NCBI GenBank assembly: GCA_963820525.1
Contig: CAWGAA010000001.1
Location: 2,112,001 to 2,176,000, forward strand
Length of the DNA: 64,000 bases
From: an uncultured Spirochaetota bacterium
GTDB lineage: Bacteria > Spirochaetota > Spirochaetia > SZUA-6 > Fen-1364
Direction of reading: 5' to 3'
Both the position numbers and the translations under genes were made by a program. Under the pieces are notes generated by a model, which did not search any database, was not told where the DNA came from, and saw only the letters and a program-made list of their open reading frames with translations. This document shows positions 9,161-19,406 of this stretch, one piece after another (position 1 is the stretch's first letter; each line of letters begins with the position of its first letter).

Positions 9161-9742
9161 ATGACACAGAAGATTTCATTCACAAAGGAGATGATCGTCG
9201 AGGTCGCCTTTTCCCTGACCAGGGAGTTGGGGTGGTCCGCCGTGACAGCCCGAAGCATCGCCAAGAAGCTCGGATCTTCCACCATGCCGATTTACTCGAG
9301 CATGAGATCAATGGAAGAGATCGAGCAGGAGGTGAGAAAAAAGGGTGAGAAGCTCATGTTCGATTACCAAAAGCGCTCCTTTACCGACAAGCCGATGCTC
9401 AACATGGCGATCGGCTATGTCACCTTCGCCCGGGACGAGCAGAAGCTTTTCCGCTTCCTGTTCGTGGATCGCCCCGTTGCCGTCAGCCGGCAGGACGTAG
9501 AGCCGGAGCCCGGAGAGCCGGAGCCGGGCTACGCACCGTTGAACGGAGTCGTAACCCTCGCCGATCAAGCGCCCACCGCGATGAAGAACCCGCTCGTACT
9601 GAAGAACTGGATCTTCACGCACGGCCTGGCATCGATGATCTCGGCCGGGGTCCTGGACCTGGCGGACGAGAGGATTCGAAGCCTGCTCGAGGAGGCGGGG
9701 GGAGCGTTCTACAAAGAAAGGAAGGAAAGAAGGAATGGGTGA
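9161..9742 (+). CDS. TetR/AcrR family transcriptional regulator (WHG-type C-terminus)
   Basis: N-terminal HTH (VTARSIAKKLGSSTMPIYS); C-terminal WIFTHGLA; strong RBS. Confidence 0.9.
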   Translation: MTQKISFTKEMIVEVAFSLTRELGWSAVTARSIAKKLGSSTMPIYSSMRSMEEIEQEVRKKGEKLMFDYQKRSFTDKPMLNMAIGYVTFARDEQKLFRFLFVDRPVAVSRQDVEPEPGEPEPGYAPLNGVVTLADQAPTAMKNPLVLKNWIFTHGLASMISAGVLDLADERIRSLLEEAGGAFYKERKERRNG

Positions 9743-10664
9743 AGTCGTGGTTTCCGTGAGGAACTTCAGAAAGCGCTATGGGGACACCGTGGCGGTCAAG
9801 GGTATCACCTTTGAGGTGAACCGGGGCGAGATCTTCGCGCTCCTGGGGCCGAACGGCTCGGGCAAGACGAGCACCCTGGAAAGCCTCGAAGGGCTGCGGC
9901 ATCCCGACGGAGGAGTCCTTTCGATCTCCGGGATAGACCCCAGCAGGCAGCCGCGGAGGCTTCGAAACATCATCGGGGTCCAGCTGCAGACCTCTGCGCT
10001 TCCGGCGGCGATGACCGTGGACGAGGCGATGAGCTTCTTCTGCAGCTACCATGGAGTGGCGGTCCGAAACGATCTGGTCCAGCGGCTGGGCATCTCGGAG
10101 AAGCGCGCCACCCAGTATGGAAAGCTTTCCGTGGGTCAGCAGAGGCGGCTCGCCCTGGCAATCGCCATCGCTCACGAGCCCGGCGTGCTCTTCCTCGACG
10201 AGCCGACGGCGGGTCTGGACGTGCAGTCGCGCGCCGATCTCCACGCCCTGGTGAGGGAGCTGCGAGAGAAGGGCACGACCGTGATACTGGCCACCCACGA
10301 CATGGCGGAGGCGGAGAAGCTGGCGGACCGCGCGGCGATCCTTCTCGGCGGCGAGATTGCCGCAATCGGCAGCCCCCGGCAGCTTACCGCGGCGGGAAGC
10401 CGAAAGACGCGCATCTCCGTGGCCACGGAGAACGGCAGCATGCAGACGGGGAAGGTCGCATTTCCCGACGCCGTATTCCAGGCCCACGCTGACGGCTACT
10501 CGATGTACCTCTCCGAGAACCCGGGAAAGGCGGTGAGCTCGATCATCGCCTGGCTGGAGCAGGCCGGCGACTCTCTCATCGACCTGCGCGTCGAGCGGCC
10601 CAGCCTCGAGGAGCGCTTCCTGGAGATCACATCTGAAAACACCGCAAAAGGAGCAATGAAATGA
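9735..10664 (+). CDS. ABC transporter ATP-binding protein (ABC-2 exporter type)
   Basis: Walker A GPNGSGKT, signature LSVGQQRR, Walker B LFLDEPTAGLD, H-loop ATHDM. Confidence 0.95.
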   Translation: MGEVVVSVRNFRKRYGDTVAVKGITFEVNRGEIFALLGPNGSGKTSTLESLEGLRHPDGGVLSISGIDPSRQPRRLRNIIGVQLQTSALPAAMTVDEAMSFFCSYHGVAVRNDLVQRLGISEKRATQYGKLSVGQQRRLALAIAIAHEPGVLFLDEPTAGLDVQSRADLHALVRELREKGTTVILATHDMAEAEKLADRAAILLGGEIAAIGSPRQLTAAGSRKTRISVATENGSMQTGKVAFPDAVFQAHADGYSMYLSENPGKAVSSIIAWLEQAGDSLIDLRVERPSLEERFLEITSENTAKGAMK

Positions 10665-11473
10665 GCGCGTTCATACACCACCTCGCCTACGATTTCAAGA
10701 CCGGCATCAGGGACAGGTCAAAGCTCCTGATGTTCTACCTCTTCCCCTTCGTGTTCTTCATCCTGGTTGGAGCCCTGATGTCGGGAGTCAACCCCGGCTT
10801 CAAGCAGACCATGCTTCCCGCCATGGCGCTGTTCGCCTTCATGTGCTCGGCGCTCTTGAGCCTGCCAAGCCTCCTTGTGAGCGCGCGGGAAGCGGGGGTC
10901 TTCAGGAGCTACAGGATAAACGGCGTGCCCTCGGCCTCCATCATCTCCATCCCCGTGATCGGAACGGCCGTCCACATGGCCCTGATCGCCGTCATCATAA
11001 CCCTGGCCGGCGAACGCTTCTTTGGCGGCACCGCTCCGGCGAACATCGCGGGATATGCGCTAGCGGCGCTTCTTTCGTACCTCGCATACGCGGGGATCGG
11101 GGTTCTCATTGGCGTGGCGGCGGGCAACATCACGGTTTGCACCCTCGTGAGCCAGCTCATCTACATCCCCTCGATCATCCTCGGCGGGCTCATGGTGCCC
11201 TTGTCGATCCTGCCCGGGGGACTCCAGCGGGTGGCGCTCCTCCTGCCGGCGACGCACAGCATGAAGGTGTTCACCGATCTCGGGATGCCCGGCTCGGCGG
11301 GAACGCCCTGGCTTTCCATTTGCGTCCTTGCCGCGAGCGCCGCGCTCAGCTTCGGCCTGGCGGCCCTGCTGTTCGAATGGGATTCGCGCACAAGCCAGCC
11401 TAGCCGCAAGGCCATCGCCGCGATTCTGGGCATCGCGCCGTACGCGGTTGCCGCGCTGATCGGGACAAGCTGA
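10661..11473 (+). CDS. ABC-2 type transporter permease
   Basis: About 6 TM helices; RE.G motif; LGGLMVP...LP...LLPATH; ATGA overlap with the ATPase gene. Confidence 0.92.
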   Translation: MSAFIHHLAYDFKTGIRDRSKLLMFYLFPFVFFILVGALMSGVNPGFKQTMLPAMALFAFMCSALLSLPSLLVSAREAGVFRSYRINGVPSASIISIPVIGTAVHMALIAVIITLAGERFFGGTAPANIAGYALAALLSYLAYAGIGVLIGVAAGNITVCTLVSQLIYIPSIILGGLMVPLSILPGGLQRVALLLPATHSMKVFTDLGMPGSAGTPWLSICVLAASAALSFGLAALLFEWDSRTSQPSRKAIAAILGIAPYAVAALIGTS

Positions 11474-11491
11474 AGAGGCGCACCTTAATAG

Positions 11492-11537
11492 CAGGCAGTT
11501 GAGAACATCTCAACTGCCTGTCCGATCCTGCTCCCCC
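11492..11537 (-). repeat. Left copy of a perfect 46-bp inverted repeat (tRNA 3'-end bases plus 13-bp-stem hairpin)
   Basis: CAGGCAGTTGAGAACATCTCAACTGCCTGTCCGATCCTGCTCCCCC is the exact reverse complement of 20874-20919. Confidence 0.95.
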
Positions 11538-11539
11538 TA

Positions 11540-12556
11540 TTGTACTTGGTGTCCATGACGGCGAGGCAGGTGCCGGCGTCTGCATCGTGGAGAAACAAAA
11601 TGCTTCGGGGCGTATCAGTGGGGCAGCTTCTCATCGATGCGGAGGCGGTCGTCGACGGCGGCGTGACGCTTGCAGCCCTTGTGCTCTTTGGCACTCGGAG
11701 CGCCCTCAGGAAGCACCTCGCCCAGGCAGAGGTGATATTCGAGTACCGGTCCTCCGAAACAGCGGGACCGGCGCAGCAACGGAAGGAATACCAGGATGGG
11801 CTTTTCGTTCTCGACGTGCCGACATTCGATGAGCGATCAATCCGTGAGGCGATTCTGAACGCGGTGAGCTACCGTGACTACAGGCAGAGTGGCAACGTCT
11901 TCGTTCGTCAGTACCCCCGTCGGGTCGCCATTGAGAGCCCCAGTGGGTTCCCGCCAGGCATCAACGAAGCAAACGTGCTGGAACGGCAAAACCCGAGGAA
12001 TCGGCGTATCTCGGACATCTTCGCGAAGTGTGGTCTGGTCGAGCGCTCCGGGCAAGGTATGAATCTGATTTTCGACGCGGCAATCCGACAGAGCAAACCG
12101 ACGCCAGACTTCGCGGGTACGGACCGCTTCCAAGTCAGACTGACGCTGGAAGGCGAAGTACGTGATCCTGCATTCGTCCGTTTCCTGGAACGTGTCACCG
12201 CAGAGTCATCGGTATCCTTCTCGACTACCGACCTCGTGGTTCTCGATCACATCAGGCGCGATATGCCTGTCTCGGAGGGACTTGGGTCCAGAATAACCGC
12301 ACTGGTCGAGAATGGAATCGTGGAAAGAGTCAGCCATGGGCGAGGCCAGCGGTACGTCCTGTCGCGCCGCTTCTACCAGTTCATCGGGCAGGCCGGGGTG
12401 TACACGAGGAAGCACGGTCTGGACCGCGACACAAACAAGGCACTCCTCGTCAAGCACATTAAGGAGAACGCCCTGAGTGGTGCCAAGATGGAGACGCTCC
12501 GGCAGGTGTTGCCGAACCTTTCGCGAAGCCAGATTCAGGTCCTCCTGCGGGAGTGA
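11540..12556 (+). pseudogene. Truncated ATP-binding protein (HATPase_c_4/RecG-C-like domain plus winged HTH; family usually has an N-terminal Schlafen/AlbA_2 domain)
   Basis: IREAILNAVSYRDY...IESPSGFP...PRNRRISDIFAKCGLVERSGQGM. No N-terminal domain or convincing start; begins right at the island boundary. Confidence 0.7.
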
Positions 12557-13383
12557 ACGAAGGCTGGAGTTATCCACCATCATGGTGCGACCCGTGCGGC
12601 TCTCTGGTACCCTGGACTGGAGACCGTGGATTGCAACCACGATAAAGTCTAGTTGCAATACCAAAGCAATCCGCCATTAAGCAATGACGTGTAAGTGTAA
12701 TCATGTGCAAGAATTATCTTGCACTGAAGATTGCAACTTCAGGCATGGAATCTCTGCCACCAAAGCCACGTCATCGACCACGGCGCGGCGAGGTGAGGAT
12801 CAAGCGCCCCCTATGTTTAAAACAGATCCAGCGCGCGGAACTGATGCCCCAAAAAATGTCCCCCGGGAAGCGGTGTGGCGCTTCAAACGCCGGTGCGCCG
12901 AGGAGAGGGAGCACCTCGCCTGGCTCTTCACCCGCCTGCTGGTGCTGAGCGAGGAACGCGGTCCCCCACGCCACGGGCGCGGCTTGGCTCGACCTTGACG
13001 GCGGGCACCGGCTCTTCAAGCGGCCGGTTACGGCCGAGCGGTTCGTGATGGACAAGGGCTTTTTCGAACTCCTGGCTGGCCTGGACAACCGCGCCACGCT
13101 CCTGCTCGGGCACACGCTTCGGCGCACCCGTGGGGAGCTATCCGAGTCATCACCGGGGGCCAAGTTATGCCGGTTACATTTTCCCACCCCTTCCTCATCC
13201 CCACCAGTAGCCCGAGAACGTTTCAGCGATTATTGTTTCGGCTCAGCGATGTAGCTAAACCGATTTCACGTTGAGCAGCGGCTGCTTCATTGCGCACAAG
13301 AATAACCGCGGGAGGGAAGACCGGCGGGGACGCGCCCGATACGCCTCAGCCCCCACAGTCCAAGAGCCTCCCGCGAGGATCTT

Positions 13384-13569
13384 CTACATGGGCGCTGTAG
13401 AGGAAACGCGAGGAAGCTTCTCCTTAAGATCGGGGTCGGCGCGCAATATCTCAAAGGCCTCCTTCCATAATTCAACGGCCTTCGCGGTATCTGTACACCT
13501 TTGGGAGCGCGCCCCGATAAAAGCCGCGGTGAGTTCGGTTGCGACTTGTATCATTTCAGACTCTTTCAT
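13384..13569 (-). CDS. Small hypothetical protein (61 aa)
   Basis: RBS AAGGAGAG before ATG 13569 (MKESEMIQVATELTAAFIG...); plausible helical sequence. Confidence 0.5.
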   Translation of the reverse strand: MKESEMIQVATELTAAFIGARSQRCTDTAKAVELWKEAFEILRADPDLKEKLPRVSSTAPM

Positions 13570-14101
13570 AAATGGCTCTCCTTTTCCGGCTAAAGGTATC
13601 AACGGATCCATCATGTACCTAGTGGGAGCTTTTTGACAGTATGGGATCAGGTAACCCGACGAGGGCTCCGCGGATGTGATACAAGCCCGCCGCGCGCGTC
13701 CGGGTACATTTTAGGCAAAAAACGGCGGGAGGCAAGCGGCATAAGGGCGGGAGGTAATGCAGGCGGGCATGGATAGGTAATGAATAAAAGTTCTGTACAT
13801 GCGTCACCCGCCCCGCCCCACTCCATGAGATCATCCCAACGCTGCCCGTCTACCTGCGGTATGCCGACCAATCGCCATGACGGCGCTCCTGCGTCAGCCG
13901 CGCCCGGAGTAGCCTGCGCACCTACCACATCGAGGTCCTTCAGATCCATGATGTCGGTGCCATACTGATCGCGGAGAAGGGGAGGTTTCCCGCGAAGCTT
14001 CAAGGGCATAGAGCCATGACACGGACAAGGTTTTCGCATCCGCCAAACGGGTGCTTGCGGTCGTCGCGCGTTGGGTCGAAGCCTGATCGGCCGAAACGAG
14101 A

Positions 14102-15269
14102 CTACCCGGTCCCGGCAAATTGCGGAAGCGGAGCCGCAGTCCGCTCGATGTGACGGGCCGTGAGGCGCCAGAGCGACGTCAGCTCCGCCGCGCGTGCCAC
14201 GTGGAGCGGGTCGGTGTCATCGGAAACCCGCGGATGGTTCGGCCGTACATCCATCCGTCCCGCGACCGTTAATCCCGCCTCGTCGAATGCGGCGAGCAGC
14301 CCGGCCCGCGAACGCAGGCCCAGATGCTCGGCGAGATCCGAGAGCACCAGCCAACCCTCGCCCCCCGGCTCCAGGTGCGATGCCAGTCCGCCGAGGAATC
14401 CGCGCAGCATGCGGCTCTCGGGATCGAAAACCGCATGCTCGATGGGGGAGCTTGGCCGCGCCGGGATCCAGGGCGGGTTGCAGACGATGAGCGGAGCCCG
14501 CGCCTCGGGGAAGAAATCCGCCTGCACGACCTCCACCCGCCTGTCCAGCCCGAGCCGCGTGAGGTTCTCGCGGGCGCACGCCAGTGCGCGGGGGTCCCGA
14601 TCGGTGGCCACGACGCGCGCGACGCCCCGGCGGGCAAGCACCGCGGCCAGCACGCCGGTCCCAGTGCCGATGTCGAAGGCCAGGTCCCGCGAGGGCAACG
14701 GCGCTTCGGCCACCAGACCCACGTACTCTCCGTGAACCGGCGCGAACACGCCGTAGTGCGGGTGGATGCGGCCGCCAAGCGCCGGGATCTCGATGCCCCT
14801 CTTGCGCCACTCATGCGCGCCGATCAGGCCCAGCAACTCCCGCAGCGAGGCGACGGAGGGCCCCTCTCCCGGGCCGTAGGCCTCCACGCACGCTTGCCGC
14901 ATGTCCGGTGCCCGTCGCAGGGGGATGCCGTAGTCGCCCTCGATCGGTATCAACAGCATCCCCAGCGTGCGTGCGCGCCGGTACTGGACCTGGCGATATA
15001 GATGGAAGGCTACGGCCGGCGACGAGGCCGGCTTGCGGGGCTTGCGGTCGGCGCGCCGCGCCAGCGCCTGCAGCAGCTGGCGTGCGTTCTGGAAATCGCC
15101 CCGCCAGAGCATCGCGGTGCCCCCACAGGCAAAACGATATGCGTCGTCGGCCGGTCATGAGGTCGGTGGCGATGATCATGCGCTTGGGCGGCGGCGCCCC
15201 GTTCTCGGAGTGCCAACGGGCGACGCGGGCCTTCCCTTCCTCGGTCCAGGCAACGACCGGACAAGCCAT
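14102..15269 (-). pseudogene. Class I SAM-dependent methyltransferase (MTS/HemK-like), split by a +1 frameshift near 15151
   Basis: FDIGTGTG and CNPPW motifs in 14102..15112. The N-terminus (MACPVVAWTEEGKARVARWHSENG...) is in another frame and joins as ...DLMT/ADDAYRFACGGTAMLWRGD after removing one base. Confidence 0.8.
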
Positions 15270-15559
15270 AATTCACGACTATGGCATTCAAACAGGGAAT
15301 AGGCTACATATCTCCCGTGCCGCAAAGTGCAAGTCCGCCAATATGCCTGCGGAAAACCGATACGGCCCATGTCGATCGTACAAACCACAATGGGAGCGCT
15401 CCCGGTGACAAGGCGACAAGCGACCTACCGGACCGTCTCATCGGGCCGCCATCCGAGGGCCTGGTAGTGTTTGCCGCAGCGTTTTTCAGATATGGAGCGT
15501 CACAACCCCGCTCCAGAATCTCGGCGTGCGGCGCGTCGCTCTCTGTAGCGGAAGCGCGC

Positions 15560-15770
15560 CTTCGCACGGAGCCTCGAGAGGGGCCGGTCGATAGCCTCAA
15601 GGGTCGTGACGTGGAAGTACCGCTCCCCCCACTTGCATGCAGACTTCCACTTCCACGTTCTCGACGATATACAGCTTGGCGTTGGGTCAGTGCTACTTTT
15701 CCACGGTCTTCTTCGAGGTGGTACCATCGCATCTCTCGCAGATCACCGTGTTTCCCGAGTAGTTTTTCAT
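15560..15770 (-). pseudogene. YgiT/MqsA-type zinc-finger gene remnant
   Basis: Hand translation MKNYSGNTVICERCDGTTSKKTVEK* ... KLYIVENVEVEVCMQ / (frameshift) GERYFHVTTLEAIDR fits the CxxC...IVENV...CxxCGERY pattern, with stops and a frameshift. Confidence 0.6.
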
Positions 15771-15775
15771 GATGC

Positions 15776-16144
15776 CTATCTCCCCCTCGCCCACTCGCGA
15801 TACGCTTCGATCCACTCCGCACCTTCTGGTCGAGCAGAAGGAAGGGGAAGGTCCACAACTGGGATTCTCTGCCTTTCTGGGCCTCTAGCACAAACCGCAA
15901 CTATCTCCCCGGCGTCATTGAGTTCGATCTTCTCCACATTGACCAGGATGCCAAGCATGGCAGTCGTAAACGGCAGTCGGAGTTTCTCCGCGATCATATT
16001 GAAAAGACCCATCGCCTGCTCACTGTCATTATAGCAGTCGACAATAGCCTCTGAGATCATTCGCTCGAGACGAGAGGGAGACACGGAACTGCGGCGGCTA
16101 CTCGACCTTTGACGCTTGCGCTTCGTGCTTTTCTCTCGTTTCAT
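15776..16144 (-). CDS. CcbP-like (calcium-binding family) small protein
   Basis: I.EAIVDCYNDSEQAMG....I.E.L.LPF and IPVVDLPLP....GAEWIEAYREW pattern. Start MKREK overlaps the helicase stop. Confidence 0.7.
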   Translation of the reverse strand: MKREKSTKRKRQRSSSRRSSVSPSRLERMISEAIVDCYNDSEQAMGLFNMIAEKLRLPFTTAMLGILVNVEKIELNDAGEIVAVCARGPERQRIPVVDLPLPSARPEGAEWIEAYREWARGR

Positions 16145-18614
16145 GATTGTCCTCTTTTCGCGCGTACCCCATCGCCCGATAGCCACGGAGACGCTTCTCG
16201 AACATGCGAAGAAGCATCGGGACTTCGCGGTCCACGTAGTCGTATATCCGCACCTCCGTCTTGCCGGCATAAAGGCGATGAAGACGGCCGGAATACTGAA
16301 TCAGGGTTCCTTTCCACGACACCGGCATGGCAAGAAACAGGGTATCCAATCGCGCGTCGTCAAATCCTTCTCCGATGTTCCGACCTGTTGCAAGGAGAAG
16401 CCGTGCCTCCCCATCTGGCACCGTGGCGAGGTACGCAAGCGCCTCTCGACGCGCCGAAGCCTTCATTGTCCCGTGTAGCACGATAAGATGCGGAACGTGT
16501 TCACTCAAGCGTTCGGCCAGGCTTTCCAGGTGATCGCGTCGCTCCGTGAGGACTATGGGACATCGTCTGTCTTCAAGGGCGCGGATCACATCCGTACAGA
16601 TGAGCTCATTGCGAGTCTGATCGGCCGCAAGCATGGCATAGAGCTCCTGGATGCCGGTTCGATCGGTCTGCGTTTTCAGCGCGAATGTGGTCTCGCGGAC
16701 GATGAGGGAATGTGCGAATGGGCGTTGTGCGTTCTTGTTTCGAGAATCGACAGCGAACCGCACCGGACCGAGCTGCATATAAAGTATGGGTTGCTGACCA
16801 TCACGGCGACGTGGAGTGGCAGTGAGCCCCGTGACGAACCGAGCCTTCACCTCTGAAAGGACGCGCTCGAATGAAACGGCAGGGACGTGGTGGCACTCAT
16901 CCACAATGATGTTCCCATAACCAGACACAAGGTCCGCCACGCGGCCAAGGCGAACCAGGCTCTGCATCATTGCTACGTCGACCTTGCCGGTAGGTCTATT
17001 TTTTCCCGAGCCGATTTGACCGATTTCTTTCGGCTCCTTGCCAAGGAATAGCGCAAGCTGTGCAACCCATTGATCGAGGAGTGGCTTTCGGTGGACGAGA
17101 ACGAGCGTATTCCGACGTCGCATAGCGATAAGAAAAGTCCCAAGGACGGTCTTGCCGGTCCCCGGGGGCGCAACCAGAACGCCTGTGTCGTGAGCCAGCA
17201 GTGCCTTTGCGGCTTGTTCCTGAACTGAGGTGAGAGTACCGGTGAAGGAGCAATCGAGAACGGCACCCTCCTCACGTTGGTCAACGACGGAAAGGGAGAC
17301 GCCATGCACGCTCAACAAGGCCTCTACTTCGGGCAAGCACCCGCGAGGCAAGGCGACGTGTTCGGAAAGCTCTTCGGCACATGCAATAACCCGAGGGGTA
17401 AGCGCCGTGGAAAGCCTCATGCTCTGCCTTTTATAGAACTCTGGGTTCTGGAAGGCAGCCAGACGCTTGATCTGATTCAGAAGTGGAGAAGGAAGGCCGT
17501 GTCGTTCGATAAACAAGCGTTGCGAAATGACCGCGTGTACCTCTCGCGGCAGTGGCTCATGAATGGATATCCGATCCGCGTAGCCGGAGGGTGGCCGCCT
17601 CCATGGAGTATGGTCGGGTTCCTCTTCAGTATCCACCATGCGTAGGCCCATCACCTGGCCGTGGTGGCCGGCGTCCTGAACGATTTCTCGAACACGATTC
17701 GGATCGATGCGCTGGATGCTCGACAAGAAGGCCCACTGGTCTGAGTAAGGAGCTAGTGATGCATCCACGAATGCCGAATTGCCCATCGCCCTGGCTTCCC
17801 GTTGAAGGGGAAGCGCAATGAGGTTGCCGAATCCACCCTTGGGGAGCGTATCCTGGTTTGGGAAGAGCCTGTCGTAGGATGACATCGAAAGCTGGTGCCG
17901 ATGAGCCATGGATTCGGTTATCAGGAAACACCCCAAATTCCTTGCGAGGCCGGAGGAAACGGGCGCGGAAAAAAAGAACCAAGCGTGAGCGCCGTTTCCT
18001 GAACGCGATCGCTCGATCGCGACGGGAACGTCGTGTGAACGACACGTTTCACGGAACGATGCGATATCTTCCTGCCACGCTCCATCATCGAAGTCCGCGG
18101 CAAGAAACCAGCACGTCTCATCGACGAGGAGCGGATACACTCCCATGACCTGAAAGCCTTTGAGATGCTTCTCGATCTCCTCGTCGGTGACGGGAAAGAA
18201 AGCATGCTGACAGCAGTCGACACAGCTTGACATCCGGCCTGTGCCAGAACCCTTCTTTTTCGTACACAGCAGCGGATCCCACTCGTTCGCGCAAGCCGGC
18301 GAATAGCCGGACTTTCCTGTCTTATGACTCTCCCAGCGGCGCGGGAAAACGTCTTCTCGACCGTGGAACAGCGTGCGAAAGAGTCGCACCTTCTCCCCTC
18401 TTGCCAAGGCTGTCGCCATCGAAGACGCCGCCTCGGCCGGAGCTTGTGCTCTGTCAGTGCCTTCTTCAATCCCTGCCAACTGTGCTTGGATAGAGAAAAC
18501 AAGAGCACGGTGCTGCTCGAGTTCAGTATGGAGTTCTGAGATGCGTTGCTCTTCCTGGGCTATCCGTTCGGTGAGTTTTCGGCGTCGTTCGTCGCTACTT
18601 CGGATATCGCTCAA
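16098..18614 (-). CDS. Archaeo-eukaryotic primase-like (TOTE-type AEP) domain fused to an SF2 DEAD/DEAH helicase
   Basis: LF.GREDVF, GYSPACANEW, GVYPLL...CWFLAADFD, ERSRSGNGAHAW, GFGNLIALPLQ. Helicase motifs APPGTGKT, VDECHH, GLTATP, EGFDDARLD, QYSGRLHR. Confidence 0.88.
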   Translation of the reverse strand: MSDIRSSDERRRKLTERIAQEEQRISELHTELEQHRALVFSIQAQLAGIEEGTDRAQAPAEAASSMATALARGEKVRLFRTLFHGREDVFPRRWESHKTGKSGYSPACANEWDPLLCTKKKGSGTGRMSSCVDCCQHAFFPVTDEEIEKHLKGFQVMGVYPLLVDETCWFLAADFDDGAWQEDIASFRETCRSHDVPVAIERSRSGNGAHAWFFFSAPVSSGLARNLGCFLITESMAHRHQLSMSSYDRLFPNQDTLPKGGFGNLIALPLQREARAMGNSAFVDASLAPYSDQWAFLSSIQRIDPNRVREIVQDAGHHGQVMGLRMVDTEEEPDHTPWRRPPSGYADRISIHEPLPREVHAVISQRLFIERHGLPSPLLNQIKRLAAFQNPEFYKRQSMRLSTALTPRVIACAEELSEHVALPRGCLPEVEALLSVHGVSLSVVDQREEGAVLDCSFTGTLTSVQEQAAKALLAHDTGVLVAPPGTGKTVLGTFLIAMRRRNTLVLVHRKPLLDQWVAQLALFLGKEPKEIGQIGSGKNRPTGKVDVAMMQSLVRLGRVADLVSGYGNIIVDECHHVPAVSFERVLSEVKARFVTGLTATPRRRDGQQPILYMQLGPVRFAVDSRNKNAQRPFAHSLIVRETTFALKTQTDRTGIQELYAMLAADQTRNELICTDVIRALEDRRCPIVLTERRDHLESLAERLSEHVPHLIVLHGTMKASARREALAYLATVPDGEARLLLATGRNIGEGFDDARLDTLFLAMPVSWKGTLIQYSGRLHRLYAGKTEVRIYDYVDREVPMLLRMFEKRLRGYRAMGYARKEDNHETREKHEAQASKVE

Positions 18615-19114
18615 ATAAGCTCATCCAGATGATCACAAGGCGAACGGTAGCCGCTGTCTATCATTTGCTCAAGCAAGGTGTTTCCTTCTTCAAGCGGCAG
18701 GAGACCCGCGTGAATCATCTCGACAAGCAAGCCCACCGTCCCGGTAAGACGTACCTTGCGCCGGGCGGCGAGCTTCCTTGCCGCGAGGTCATCCGTCACA
18801 AGAATCATCTTTCGCGATACCGCGAGGACCAAACAGGATGATTCTCCGGGGTGCAGGAACTCATCGAGCTCCTGTCGGAGCAGGTTTTCATCAAGCGACT
18901 TCAATACGAGGATCTCCAACCACCCCTTGGAGCTTTCAGCGGCATTCAGAGCGGGGACCAGATAAAGGTAGCCCCTTTCAATGCCTCGTTTTACTTCGTC
19001 CATCACCTCGATCGTTGTGAATGAATTCTTCATAAAAAGCTTCGCCAGCAGATCCACCTTGCCGATCGCAGCGAAGTTCGACAACACGGTATTATCAAAT
19101 ATGAAGTCGGGCAT
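18611..19114 (-). CDS. PIN-domain protein (DUF3368-like), putative toxin
   Basis: IFDNTVL, EV.DE, LHPGESSCL, VTDDLAAR, TGTVGLL motifs. Confidence 0.85.
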   Translation of the reverse strand: MPDFIFDNTVLSNFAAIGKVDLLAKLFMKNSFTTIEVMDEVKRGIERGYLYLVPALNAAESSKGWLEILVLKSLDENLLRQELDEFLHPGESSCLVLAVSRKMILVTDDLAARKLAARRKVRLTGTVGLLVEMIHAGLLPLEEGNTLLEQMIDSGYRSPCDHLDELI

Positions 19115-19406
19115 TGGCGACGTCTTGTTTCAGCTCATCGATGGTGAGAGGGCCTAGATGGATCTGCCCCCCAGTTTCACGGATGATGTCTTTCATCTCT
19201 TCCTGGGAAACACCCATAATCTGTGCAGCCTTGCCGAGGCTGATGTCGCCGTTGGTGTATGCCGCGACCACCATCTTCCGTTTGAGCTCCGGTTTAGCTT
19301 CGAACAAGGATCTCATAGCGCTTCTCAGCACAGACTGTTCATCCGGGAACAATCTGGCTTTCACAAGCTGGTTGATCTCCCATTCAATGCTTTTGATGTC
19401 AGCCAT
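19095..19406 (-). CDS. UPF0175 family protein, putative antitoxin
   Basis: Y..GDISLGKAAQIMGVS HTH motif; RBS AGGAG; overlaps the PIN gene start. Confidence 0.85.
   Translation of the reverse strand: MADIKSIEWEINQLVKARLFPDEQSVLRSAMRSLFEAKPELKRKMVVAAYTNGDISLGKAAQIMGVSQEEMKDIIRETGGQIHLGPLTIDELKQDVANARLHI

Noticed and set aside
12850..13150. Possible transposase fragment (FVMDKGF-containing peptide)
   Set aside because: Too short and broken; no terminal repeats or full DDE motif seen. A BLASTX search would be needed.
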